Notes under the pieces: generated by a model | Seen by the model: the letters and a program-made list of their open reading frames with translations, nothing else | The model's database searches: none | Told to the model about the DNA's origin: nothing | In this document: positions 23,001 through 33,066 of the stretch, in pieces | Numbering within the stretch: position 1 is the first letter of the stretch | Layout: every line of letters starts with the position of its first letter | Source: Nemertoderma westbladi | Taxonomy: Eukaryota > Animalia > Xenacoelomorpha | DNA length: 34,513 bases | Assembly (NCBI GenBank): GCA_032718475.1 | Contig: JAUCBJ010003193.1 | Location: 1 to 34,513 of the forward strand | Direction of reading: 5' to 3' | Made by a program: the position numbers and the translations under genes

Positions 23001-26000
23001 GTAGACATTCATTGACAGCTGTGGCAAAGGCAAGTAGGGGGGGGGGGGGGGGGGGGGGGGAAACTGGACGAAATAACAATTCATACCTCTCCAGGGGAAA
23101 TTCGACACAAATAAAGGCTGATTACTCTCAAAAATAAAACTGTAGCCTGTTCTATCTATTTTGTTTAGTTTATTGTTTTGGTTCAAATAACGTGCCACTG
23201 TAACCTGCTCCTTTCCCTAAATTGAGAATTTAACATTGAGGCGGGATATTAATTCACCAAGATAGGATTTGCGTCCAACCCCCCCCCCCCCCCCCCCCCC
23301 TGTCTCGGCAAAGGAATACAGAGAGTTGGCTTTAGGAGTATTATTAGGCGGGCCTGACCCATTATAATGCATCAAAGGCAGCCCTATTAATTAATTTATA
23401 ATTCAATCAGCTGTGCTTATAATAATTCAATTAGCTAGCCTACCATCTAACATAGCAGTGAGTAACATTATAGATATTCCCATATAGTGGGGTCGCTTAA
23501 GGCTGAAATATAGCAAAATCGTTAATTGCTGGACAAAAGCATGAAAATGTGACTATATATGTAAAAAAATGTGTAGATTAATCTGAGCCTGTGTACCAAA
23601 AAAATTGACTACTTCCCTAGCAACAGGGTGACTTTTTCATAGCAACCGGATACTTTTGGTCGTATCTGTTATTGAAACTCGCCATATAGAAAAATTACGA
23701 TTATATTACTGGGTTGGTTTAAAAATAGAAGTCGAGTACACGTTTCCATAGCAACAAGGTGACCTTTCCCTAGCAACCGTTGTATATTTAATGTAATTAT
23801 GATTGAAACTTGGGATAAATAACCTGGCTAGCAATAGAAGATGGTTAATAGTGTATTCGGGGCTGATACACGTTTCCTTAGCAACAAGATGACCTTTCCC
23901 TAGCAACTGCCTGCAATTCTGATTGAAATTTGGGATCATGTTGGGATAATCAACCTGTATAGCAATATAAGGCACATGTGAAGAATACCAGACTTTCTGC
24001 TGTTATATTTCACTTTGCAGTTACTCCCTTGTGAAGAATACCAGGTTTTCACCAAAACCACATTTTACAGGAGGGCTGAATCTAACCAAAACAATAAACG
24101 AATTAGTATATGTACAGGTTATAAGAGAGAAATAAGCGCTATAAAACACTTAATAAAGATAAATTAAAAAAATAAAAATCTTCATATATAAAATTCCAAT
24201 AAAAAGTCGACCGAAAAGTGAAATCCTGGTATTCTTCACGTGCGGCATGGGCGAATATAAGATTATTAGTAGTTATATTAGAGCTGATTGATACACGTTT
24301 CCATAAAAATATTTAAATTTATGGGAATAATGTGTGTTTATAAAACTACAGTGTAAAAGTACAGTTAAAAATCCAAAAATGTAGCCACGGGCGGAGCTGA
24401 TCCCGTAATAATAATAATATAATAGTACAATATGGATATATTTCTCTAAAAAATCTGTAAGAAGTACTGTACTTCCAATTTCAAAATTTTTTTTACTATT
24501 TCACTTGCCAGGCCCAGATGTAATACGGTTTTAGAACATCGTCATGCACTGAAAGGAGGCCAGAGGAACAAGATATCCTTGGCAATAACTTAAATCGTTC
24601 TAGAATGTTTCGCATATAATGAAAACAAACATAGATAAATATAATACCAATACTACCGGTAGCTGTTGTTGTATTTTATTCGTGTAGGAAAATGGTCAAT
24701 AATCAGAGTGTAATATAATAGTCACAGTCATTTTGCGATTCTAGAATTATAATTATGATACAGAATAGTACATCATGGTACTAGTGAGCTGGTTATTGCT
24801 TATTCCCTCGAAATTAACATTATGTAACTTTTGTTTTGGTTTGTGGTTTGTATATATTTATTGGCACTACTTCGCCCTGTCGACAGCCTCTGTCAATTTT
24901 TTTAACCATTAATTTTTTGGTGTTTTTCAATGTTTTGTTTGATAATGGTGAATGTTCTAGAACCTTAAGTAGATATTTTTTTTAATAGCAGCTAGCGTTT
25001 TTTTACTAGCTAGCATTTTTTGAAAATAAAAAAAAAATTTTGTTAACATTATTAATTAGCTAGCGTTTTTATGAAGGTAGTGGTTTTTTTACTACAGTAG
25101 CTAGTAATAGTAAGTATTTAAAATGTTTAAAACTGCTTTTTTTTAATATTACGTTATTTATAGGTGCGGTTGGTTGGTAAACAAGCCTATATTTTTTATG
25201 GGTTTTATTTTATTATTCTTTCCAGCGACACTTTGCTGAATTTAGACTCAGAAAACATACATATTGAGAAGGCTTTGTGGGGGTGTCATGGGGATATGTT
25301 GGATTGCTCTGGATGAGTTGAGTTGCTTACAGAAGCAAATATTGCTAATCATGGTGTAGCTGATTCTTTCCATAAAGTAGCACATATTACAAGGACTCGA
25401 TATGCTCATCAAACAACATGTGCTGCATTGACATTATTGCAGATTGAAGCCTTTTCAGAATTCGAGAATACAAATCACATTGATAATTATTCATTTTCAG
25501 ACTGGAGAGACTTAATGGCAACAGAGCATCCAACCTTTCAGTTCTACGACTTCATTTTGAGAATTCAGAGGCTAATTCTAGTATTTATTCGAGCTCATAG
25601 AGAGAAAAATTTCCAACTATTCATAAGTTGTTTAGAGACTCTAGTTGTTTACTTTTTTAGTTTAGACCATTACCACTACAGTCGATGGGTAAGTGTATTT
25701 CTGTTAGATATGAAGTCTCTCCCACAAACCATAATCGAAGTGTTTAATAAAGGAAATTGGGTTGCATCGAAGTCAAGTCGACGTTTCTCAGCTATACCTC
25801 TCGACCAAGCTCATGAACAGGAAAATGAAAAAGTTAAAGGTAGTGGTGGTGTGATTGGTCTTACTGAGAATGAAGCAGGATTTCGAAGGTGGCTCTTAGC
25901 CGGACCGGAAAATAGACTCAAGAAGAAATCTGTCACTCACAGATAAAAAAACACCATGAAGAAACAATAGCTTTCCAAAAGTCACTTCAAAATGATGTCA

Positions 26001-29000
26001 ATAATCTGGTAATTACCATTAAGGAACCCATTTATTTCAAAATCTGACAAACTCATATTGATACCAAGTCAAGCATATGCTCCTGACTCTGTAGTTAATA
26101 CCATAAGTAAGATTGAAGAATGTGGCGCAAGATACAATATACTAATTTTGTAACTGATGTTTTGGTTAATAATGTAAGGCCGTTCAAAGATGTCATTAAA
26201 TCCAACTCGTTTCAAACTTTTAAATCGCCTAGAATATCTAATGTAAAGAACAAACGCGTCTGAGGTTCGATCCGACGCATCATTGTTTGGAAAACTCTTT
26301 ATTGCGAATCAAACCCGAAAAGGAGATCCGTCTGTCTTCTTTGCTCATGAGAACCACCCTTATCCACCTTCACTTTCACAGTATGGTGACATCAATTATG
26401 AGACTAAATCTGACATATTAAAGGTTTTTGATACAACATATAGTGTTGATGTCCCTGAGTATTTTCATGCTAAAGTCTTTGATGCACGTTTCATAGTTCA
26501 TTGCCTTCGACCTATAGGATGTTCCACCATACAAGACTATTTAACTAATAAAATAATACCTCATATAAAGCACGAATTGAACAATTCTGACAGGGTTGAC
26601 TTTATTTTTGACAGATACTGCCATGAAAGCTTGAAAATGGGTATCAGAAACTTACGTGGTAGTGGAAACCAAGTTAACATTAAGGATAAAACCAAAATTC
26701 CAGCAAATTCGATGGATTTCTTAAGGAACTCTAATAATAAAAACGAGTTGTTCAACTATTTATCCAAATCAATTATTCTAGAAAAATACCCAGAAGGGAA
26801 ATATATTTACTCAACATTGGAAGAAGATGTGCTCTGTCAGGATAGTCGAGGCACCATTATGGGAAATTGCTCACACGAAGAAACTGACACCCGCATTATA
26901 GTACACATCCAGCATGCATTGTCAATGGGGGCTACAAATATCATTGTGCGCACGGGTGAAACAGACGTTTTAGTAATACTGATCGGAGTTCTCTTTTATT
27001 TATTATCCAATCATCCCAGACTGAACATATGGTTAGCATTCGGTTCTGGAAAACATTTTAAATATTTCAATGTGAATAATATATCCCAAAAGTTAGGTGA
27101 GGACAAATCAAAGGGTTTATTGATGTTCCATGCCCTTAGTGGCAGTGACACCGTGTCCCACTTCAGAAATATTGGCAAAATAACTGCTTGGAAAACTTGG
27201 TTGGTAGAATTCAATGCGAATTCAAAGCGTTGGAAAAATTTGTCATACGTATGTATGACAGAAAATCAAACAGAACGAGTATAAATAATACAAGACGGGA
27301 TCTATTCACCAAACGCAACTGCGTGATTGATCGCTTGCCACCAACTCAACACGCCCTTTACCAACATATGATGCGGGCTACATATCAAGCCAGCGTTTGG
27401 GCAGTCTGCACACAGGACAAACCGATACTCCCTTCACCAGCAGATTTCGGTTGGGTATTTAATACTCATGTTTAATACTCATTTAATACATGGAATCCCG
27501 TCTGGAGTTCACTGCCAGACGCTGCAACGATGTGCTACAAAGTCATTAAATGTGCATGCAAAAAGCGCAATTGCACAAACTGCAAGTGTGGGAAGGCTGG
27601 GTTTAAATGCACTGAATTATGCACTTGCACTTGCTCTTGTTATTGATCACATATGATTCGTATAATTAAAAGAATTGGAATAACTATAATACTAAATAAT
27701 TTAAATTTACAGCCTTGTGGCTGTGTATTTGATGTATAAACACATTATCCTCATAAAGCCAAAAGTGCAATATTTTTTAAATATAGATATCACCTTTTGT
27801 TTCTATGGAAACGTGCATCACAGCTCCAATATAACTACTAACCATCTTATATTGCTATAAATGCTGTTTATCTGCAGTTTCAATATTAATTACACTAAAT
27901 TTCAGGCAGTTCCTAGGGAAAGGTCACCTTGTTGCTATGGACACGTGTATCAGAGCCAATGTTATTACTAACAATCTTCTATTGCTAGACAGGTTGATTA
28001 TCCCAAGTTTCAATCATAATTTCATTAAATATACAGCGGTTGCTAGGGAAAGGTCTCCTTGTTGCTATGGAAACGTGTACAGACTTATATTATAAACTAA
28101 CCCAGTTATATAATCGTAATTTTTGTTTATGGCGAGTTTCAATAACAGAAATGACCAATTTTACCCGGTTGCTATGAAAAAGTCACCCTGTTGCTAGGGA
28201 AGTAGTCAATTTTTTTGGTACACAGGCTCAGATTAATCTACACATTTTTTTACATATATAGTCACATTTTCATGCTTTTGTCCGGCAATTAACGATTTTC
28301 ACCTTAAGCGACCCCACTAATAGGATTCACTGGGAAGAGCTATTCACCTGACAGGGTAATACATTGTAATATAAACAGTTGATGTTTGATTACTGTCTGT
28401 GATAGTGTGAATCAGTAAACACAACCTTACTAAAACTTGGCAAGTAAAATACTTCTCTGCAGATGGGCGGATCCGCACCAGCAGGTGTTTCTATCATTGA
28501 GTCTATGGCAATTTTCGTGTTATGGGGGTATTTTTTGAAATAAAAAAAAATACACTTTAAAACAATTTTTGGAAACTTTTTCCACATCCTGGGGGTTGAG
28601 CTGGGACGATTGATATAACTTTCATTGACGGACGAGTCCAGTACTGACGGACACCCCTGAACGGAACGCGGGCCTTCAAAAAGGCAAAAATTACATAAAT
28701 AGATTAAATTAAATTGAGGAGGCGGACTCATTTAACTATGAAAAGTTAAATTTTATTTTATTTAACGATTGAACGATTGTTTAATAATAATTGATGATTC
28801 ATTAAAGTAGATATTAGTACATATTAGTGCAATATATTAGACACGTAATACATACAGTATACAATGAGAGAAACCCATCACCAATTGTAATTATTACAGT
28901 TTAAATAGTAAAAAGTGATACAAATATTGGAGGGAAATTCAAACTGACTGGCCTACATACTTGCTACTTCAGTACTTGTTGCTGTACTACTGTTCTAATC

Positions 29001-32000
29001 CGCCATGGAGGGGAGACCAGCGCCGTCCTCTAGCCCCAGGCCACTGCGCCACCGCATGCGGGATCCGCGCAGACAGTGGGATGTGCCACGGACGATGGCG
29101 AATAATATTCGCGTCCGGACCCATCCCATGACTGTCGCGTAGGGTTTCCCCCAGGATGCATGGAGTCTGGTGGCTATGACTCTGAGCAGTCTATTGGCCT
29201 GCGGTGCCAACACTCCGTCGCACGAAGCCACGAAGGGAGAGAAATCGCCGCGACGAGCTGCTACAGCAGCCGCGTATAGCCGCTTCTTCTCGTCCTCCGC
29301 CGCCTCGAGAACGGTCATAGGAGCGCGGTTAACGTACGACTCGGCGTCAAGGTTGGTTGACCTGATATCGATCAACGCCTGAGTCTGCACGTTAAACGCG
29401 CCCCTAATCCCTACATCGCACCGCAGCCCTGTCCCGTCACCTTCCTCCAACTGCTCCCTTACTACTGGCTCCAGCATTACATTGCGCGGCCCAAACGCCA
29501 ACGCCGCGAGGTCGCCCACAGTATCTCTCAGCTCATTGTGGCGCTGGATGACGAGGCCGCCCTTCTTACAGTTCAACCCATGGTTCAGGTCGAAGGCAGC
29601 CCCGCATCCGTCGCACCGGCTGTGTACTCCAAGGAGGGGACTTCCGTATCGCACGGCGATCGCGTCACGAAACTCACGTGGGGATAGATCGTACTGGAGG
29701 TCCGCCCGGGGAATCGACGAGATCCAGCTACCGGTTTTGTACTCCGCCGCTCGGCGGATAGTGCGGCAGCGGCGTTCGGTCATCGCCCCCAGTGCCTCCT
29801 CGAACTCTGAGATCTCGGTCAGTTTCCGGTCGTCTCGGTCGACCTTCCTCGCCTTCGCCAAGCAGTCCCGGTGGGCTGGGAGGTCGAATTCCTCGGTGCC
29901 GGCCATCGCGCCGCTCAGGAACCGGGTCCCGTGCAAGGATACGAGGTACGACGGTTTTGCCTCGGCTACCGGGTTTCGCAGTCCTAGACCTCCTCGTTGT
30001 GGGGACAAACTAAACAGTTTTCGTTCTGCCGGAGTTATGGTTCCTCCGATCACTGCAGGAAGGAATCTTTGGGCGATGGCTGTCTCTAGAACGGCGTACT
30101 CCTCTTCGCAGTCGACGGTAACCCTCTGGAGATACGCCCACTCACGCTGCAACGAGCAGACCATGGCGGAGAAGGCCGCCTGTGGTTGGGATTCAGCCAT
30201 CGTCGCCAGTGCGTCCGTCGCCTCTACCCACGCAGCCACCTTCGCCCGCACATACTGGCGTCGTTCTCCCGAACTCCCGAGAAACCCCCCGAGAAACCGG
30301 TGTCCCGTTACAATCTTTATCTGGTGGCCACTGAAGACTCTGCGAGCCTCGTCCTCGTACTCGGGGTCGACTACGAGGTAGCATTTGGACGTCTCGGGGA
30401 AGTAACCAAAAGCTGGGCCGAGTTTGAGCAGCTCCTCAAACCACCGCAGTAAGTCTGGGAGTTCACCCGCCCCGCCAGAATCGTCGGCGTACCAACTCTC
30501 CCGGACTGTAGGGGACCGTAAACTCCGGATCAACGGGAGGGCTCCGATGGCGTACAGCAGCATTGCAAGGGGGTCGCCCTGGGTAACGCCCTCCGCGCTG
30601 AATATAATTGCGTCAGTCCCCTTCATGACAAGGATACTGTGGCCCCGATAACTGTTAAACAGGAATGTAGAGCATCGTGGCCACAGGCAGCGCGCGTTCC
30701 ACAACGCAGCTACCCGGTTGAGCGAGTTGAACGCGTTGGCCGCGTCCACCAGTAGCACCCCCCAACCCGAGTCACTGTTATCCTCGAACAGCGATGACAT
30801 CGAGTGTATCGCAGCCTCGACTCCTGCGGAGGTCCCCGCCGACAGCTGTTCGGCGCCACACGTGATGGTGACGTCATCCCCTGTGATCGCGGCCATTGCG
30901 CGGGCCATTATACGCCGGAGACACTCCCCGATTCCGATGGGCCGCACACCCGGACACTTATCCAGCGCGATCAGTCGGCCAGACATAAGTGCCCGGACAG
31001 ACTCCCACGGTACAACTACATTCGCTAGAGTCCGGGTGATTGCAGCAACTGTGTCTCGGAGGCGCTCACTATGGGCGCCATAGCGGAGCAGATAATCCTG
31101 CCAGCGTGTGGAGTCGCAACCCGCGGGACCGCCGCCACCGTGCAGGCGCCGGGCCACCTCCTCGATGTGCGCCGCCGTCACGTCGACGTCGACCTTGAGA
31201 GGCGGCTCGCCGCACTGTATTAATGATTCTCTATTGGGAGGCGCTGCAGCCGGGTGTTTATTCCGAAGAACATCGAGTACTTTGACTCTTTGCTGACCAA
31301 CTTCGATATCGGACTCTGGGTCCAACACGCCTCCGGACTCCCGACTGGTCACCCAGCGGACTGCGTTTCTTACCTTCCCCTCCAACATTAGTCTCGTAAA
31401 CACACGGACTGTGTGTTCTTTATCCGAATTGGGGGGTTCATTAAAGTGATAAAGTAAAATGAATTAAAATAAATCATTTTATTTTTTGTAATGGTAGGGT
31501 GCTCTTTAATGTAACTAAATATTGCCGAGGTTCCATCAATGTGGTCGGCAAAATTCAACATCCATTTTCATCTTTCTTTGCCTGCTTCCACGTGACGTTC
31601 AATTTACCTACCAAAGTCGGGTATATATATATTAATATTATTCGATAACAAAAACTATTTGGAAGCAGCGCTTTTTTCAATGTCATTTTTAGTTTAGTAA
31701 TATTAGAGTATTACCGGTATTATATCAGAATGGTTGAGTGCCCAAATGCCAAAAAGCGTCAAACTCTAACACATGAGTACAGAATATCTTAATTTTGCTA
31801 AAAAATGAGTAAAGAGTGTTTTCCGTTACGTTTTTATTAAATTAATATACTGTGGAACGAACCACGATTAGTGAGCGAAGCTCTAACAATTACAATTAGC
31901 ACAATTACAATTATTATTAGTATTATTCCCAGGTCAGGACTAATGGAATATGTAATAAATATATAGCACAATGTGAACCCGAGTACCTCATACGTACCAC

Positions 32001-32829
32001 AACCGACTCACTTCTGCTTTATTAATGAACTGAGGCCCCTAAACTGTACTTCACTGCGTTACATAAAGGGAATATCTCAACAATTAATAATAATATCTAA
32101 CAATTCACTAAAGGGAATGAATATCCGTAGGCCGTCATAAAAACGGAGTCTCAACCATCATAATTAAGGGGACTTAGAACGCAATCGAGAGCTGGTCATT
32201 ATATCCCCTTCAAGATAAATGATAAATGGCTGAGTTTTTTCTCAGTAATTTAGCTGGTCCTCATTGTTAAAGTTTAGAGAAGTATTTTATTACAACAACA
32301 ACAACCCATTGATTTACACGTGTGTTTGTTCAGGTGCTGACTGGTACGAACGTGAGATCTGGGATATGTTTGGCGTGTATTTTCGGGACCATCACGACCT
32401 TCGACGACTTCTTACTGATTATGGATTCGAGGGACATCCAATGAGGAAGGACTTTCCTTTATCTGGATATGTTGAGGTGAGTTGATGTACACAACACACC
32501 CCATCGGTCACAGTAAGGGGCAATCCGCCAAATTCATAAAGCCGTCCAAAATCATTCAGTCAGCCATAGAAGTTTGGCGATATACTCAAGATTATTGTTG
32601 TTATGTAAGACAATTGAATTCCATATGATTACTGATTCTCCATTAGGTTCGATTCGACGAAGAGGAACGTAGAATTGTGGTGGAACCGGTGGAACTTACT
32701 CAAGAGTACAGAAAGTTTGACCTCGAGGCCCCATGGGAACCGTTCCCTAAGTTTCGACCTCCGCCAACACAAGAATCTCTCCCAGAACCAGACGACCTGC
32801 TCATAGAAGACTCAAAGAAATCAACGTAA
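7977..32829 (+). CDS. NDUFS3: NADH:ubiquinone oxidoreductase core subunit S3 (complex I 30-kDa subunit), spliced: join(7977..8001,11432..11581,12037..12150,12636..12772,12956..13058,32334..32476,32647..32829), 855 nt, 284 aa
   Basis: Manual splicing gives one uninterrupted frame with GT-AG introns of matching phase: [284 protein letters not shown]. It contains the NuoC/NDUFS3 signature W[10 protein letters not shown]...[13 protein letters not shown]-x-RKDFPLSG. Confidence 0.96.
8071..8258 (+). repeat. Local tandem duplication (88-bp and 100-bp copies) at the start of NDUFS3 intron 1
   Basis: AGGCTTATGATAGGCCTACCGGCAGACCGG...CCTGACTGTG occurs twice; the second copy has two additional 6-bp inserts. 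Confidence 0.9.
8735..9792 (+). mobile_element. 5'-truncated CR1-group LINE fragment (post-RT C-terminus and 3' UTR)
   Basis: KDLGII...[19 protein letters not shown]...[11 protein letters not shown], then after a frameshift near 9265 LRGHNRKL...[13 protein letters not shown], typical of the CR1 C-terminus. The 3' boundary is uncertain; (ATTAC)n at 9773-9792 may be the tail. Confidence 0.85.
9869..10887. mobile_element. Tc1/mariner-superfamily (pogo-like) MITE with TA TSD
   Basis: Perfect 25-bp TIR: TA|CCGTAATTCGGGGTGACTTGATACA...TGTATCAAGTCACCCCGAATTACGG|TA. The GGTGACTTGATACA core is repeated internally; no ORF. Confidence 0.93.
11432..11581 (+). CDS. NDUFS3: NDUFS3 coding exon 2 (mitochondrial targeting presequence)
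   Basis: T-rich tract ending TATAG acceptor, 150-nt open frame (phase 1 to phase 1), GTGAGT donor. The peptide is R/S/L-rich with almost no acidic residues and has an RRCLST cleavage-like motif. Confidence 0.85.
12037..12150 (+). CDS. NDUFS3: NDUFS3 coding exon 3
   Basis: TTTAG acceptor and GTTAGT donor; encodes [17 protein letters not shown], matching the family motif FG-x-YV-x-x-ILPKYVQ. Confidence 0.95.
12636..12772 (+). CDS. NDUFS3: NDUFS3 coding exon 4
   Basis: TTTCAG acceptor and GTGAGT donor; encodes [45 protein letters not shown]. Confidence 0.97.
12956..13058 (+). CDS. NDUFS3: NDUFS3 coding exon 5
   Basis: TATAG acceptor and GTGAGT donor; encodes [34 protein letters not shown]. 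Confidence 0.97.
14398..14528. repeat. Imperfect long hairpin, with an internally deleted second copy at about 16003-16067
   Basis: TACATACTTG...GATCCGAGTGGCTTTG / loop / TAAAGCCACGGGGATC...CAAGTATGTA. The outer arms and the flank GTAGTTTTATTCCAA recur after the LINE. Confidence 0.7.
14548..15900 (+). mobile_element. 5'-truncated L2/CR1-group LINE (Crack/Daphne-like) reverse transcriptase with one premature stop
   Basis: [12 protein letters not shown]...SGFRKSYST, an in-frame TGA at 14710-14712, then [29 protein letters not shown] and KYLG, with the C-terminus ending at 15882. Confidence 0.92.
17115..18006. mobile_element. Foldback MITE (892 bp, arms of about 420 bp, TA TSD)
   Basis: TA|CACCATGTCCTG...CAGGACATGGTG|TA. 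Inverted similarity runs almost to the centre (for example GACCACTGACTGGGTGAGCCAGAATTT versus AAATTCTGGCTCACCCAGTCAGTGGTC), with a spacer of about 40 bp near 17525-17560. Confidence 0.92.
18278..18344 (-). mobile_element. hAT-like MITE terminus fragment
   Basis: The minus strand reads TAAGGATGTACCGGAATTCCGTTCCAGCCGGAATTCCGG, a TAGGGATG-like end with repeated subterminal CCGGAATTCCG. No partner end was found. Confidence 0.4.
18871..22763 (+). repeat. 29-bp satellite array (TTAGGAGCCCGCTCAAAGAGCANGGATAG) with 25-bp deletion variants, about 135 units
   Basis: Directly visible tandem units, each with a GCTC-AAA-GAGC hairpin; no unique spacers. Confidence 0.98.
22764..23390 (+). mobile_element. 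Possible body of a Helentron-associated (HINE/DINE-1-like) non-autonomous element
   Basis: Follows the satellite with an (ATCT)n-like microsatellite (about 22800-22828) and AT-rich sequence. It ends near AGGCGGGC (23346-23353), which contains the inverse of the satellite's GCCCGC. The family call is inferred from architecture only. Confidence 0.4.
23972..24253. mobile_element. Small MITE nested in the left Academ TIR
   Basis: GTGAAGAATACCAG at 23978 and 24031 is inverted as CTGGTATTCTTCAC at 24226-24239. AATATAAG is duplicated on both sides (23964-23971 and 24254-24261), and the insert is absent from the right TIR. Confidence 0.65.
25255..27646 (+). pseudogene. Academ transposase C-terminal part, XPG/PIN-like nuclease and Cys-rich zinc domain, with stops and frameshifts
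   Basis: HIEKALWG...[40 protein letters not shown]; then [38 protein letters not shown] and GKITAWK (FEN1/XPG-like acidic and helix-turn-helix motifs); [18 protein letters not shown]; terminal [26 protein letters not shown]. Confidence 0.88.
28809..31436 (-). mobile_element. 5'-truncated CRE-clade non-LTR retrotransposon (RT plus restriction-like endonuclease) with 11-bp TSD
   Basis: TTCATTAAAGT at 28798-28808 and 31437-31447 flanks the element. It has a short AT-rich 3' UTR ending in ACTAATAT-type repeats and a GC-rich uninterrupted ORF. Confidence 0.88.
28995..31403 (-). CDS. CRE-type reverse transcriptase, CCHC zinc knuckle and RLE (N-terminally truncated, at least 802 aa)
   Basis: [56 protein letters not shown]; C-x2-C-x7-H-x3-C ([16 protein letters not shown]), RHNELRD, RCD...D and EKKRLY. 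The frame stays open upstream to the TSD and the annotated start is not an ATG. Confidence 0.9.
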   Translation of the reverse strand: MFTRLMLEGKVRNAVRWVTSRESGGVLDPESDIEVGQQRVKVLDVLRNKHPAAAPPNRESLIQCGEPPLKVDVDVTAAHIEEVARRLHGGGGPAGCDSTRWQDYLLRYGAHSERLRDTVAAITRTLANVVVPWESVRALMSGRLIALDKCPGVRPIGIGECLRRIMARAMAAITGDDVTITCGAEQLSAGTSAGVEAAIHSMSSLFEDNSDSGWGVLLVDAANAFNSLNRVAALWNARCLWPRCSTFLFNSYRGHSILVMKGTDAIIFSAEGVTQGDPLAMLLYAIGALPLIRSLRSPTVRESWYADDSGGAGELPDLLRWFEELLKLGPAFGYFPETSKCYLVVDPEYEDEARRVFSGHQIKIVTGHRFLGGFLGSSGERRQYVRAKVAAWVEATDALATMAESQPQAAFSAMVCSLQREWAYLQRVTVDCEEEYAVLETAIAQRFLPAVIGGTITPAERKLFSLSPQRGGLGLRNPVAEAKPSYLVSLHGTRFLSGAMAGTEEFDLPAHRDCLAKARKVDRDDRKLTEISEFEEALGAMTERRCRTIRRAAEYKTGSWISSIPRADLQYDLSPREFRDAIAVRYGSPLLGVHSRCDGCGAAFDLNHGLNCKKGGLVIQRHNELRDTVGDLAALAFGPRNVMLEPVVREQLEEGDGTGLRCDVGIRGAFNVQTQALIDIRSTNLDAESYVNRAPMTVLEAAEDEKKRLYAAAVAARRGDFSPFVASCDGVLAPQANRLLRVIATRLHASWGKPYATVMGWVRTRILFAIVRGTSHCLRGSRMRWRSGLGLEDGAGLPSMAD
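32334..32476 (+). CDS. NDUFS3: NDUFS3 coding exon 6
   Basis: TTCAG acceptor and GTGAGT donor; encodes [47 protein letters not shown]. Confidence 0.98.
32647..32829 (+). CDS. NDUFS3: NDUFS3 coding exon 7 (terminal, TAA at 32827-32829)
   Basis: ATTAG acceptor; encodes [34 protein letters not shown], matching the family C-terminus. A candidate polyA signal ATTAAA lies at 32972-32977. Confidence 0.96.
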   Translation, partial: VRFDEEERRIVVEPVELTQEYRKFDLEAPWEPFPKFRPPPTQESLPEPDDLLIEDSKKST

Positions 32830-33066
32830 CCTTAGTTAGACCAAATTGTTGAGTTTGTAGGTCGTTGTGGAATTTTTTACTGTATTTTATTAGTTTACAT
32901 TTAATAACAATAATAATTAGTTTAACAAATATCACGGATCTGGTAATAATGCTCAGTAGCTCCATAGTTCCATTAAAATACCAAAAAACATGAAACAATT
33001 ATTTCTAAACAAAAGATAGAAGTCAACCCTATAGATCGTCTCGGCTCGTTAGTTTTTATTCAAGAT

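Larger units (their letters stand above)
23485..28319 (+). mobile_element. AcademX-type DNA transposon, decayed and internally deleted (4835 bp)
   Basis: ATA|TAGTGGGGTCGCTTAAGG...CCTTAAGCGACCCCACTA|ATA: TAG termini, 3-bp TSD and TIRs of about 500 bp with repeated TTCCMTAGCAAC motifs, enclosing Academ-type coding remnants. Confidence 0.9.

Noticed and set aside
29170-31296. Plus-strand ORFs, including the 299-aa ORF at 29482..30381
   Set aside because: Antisense shadows of the GC-rich CRE ORF, with no recognisable domain.
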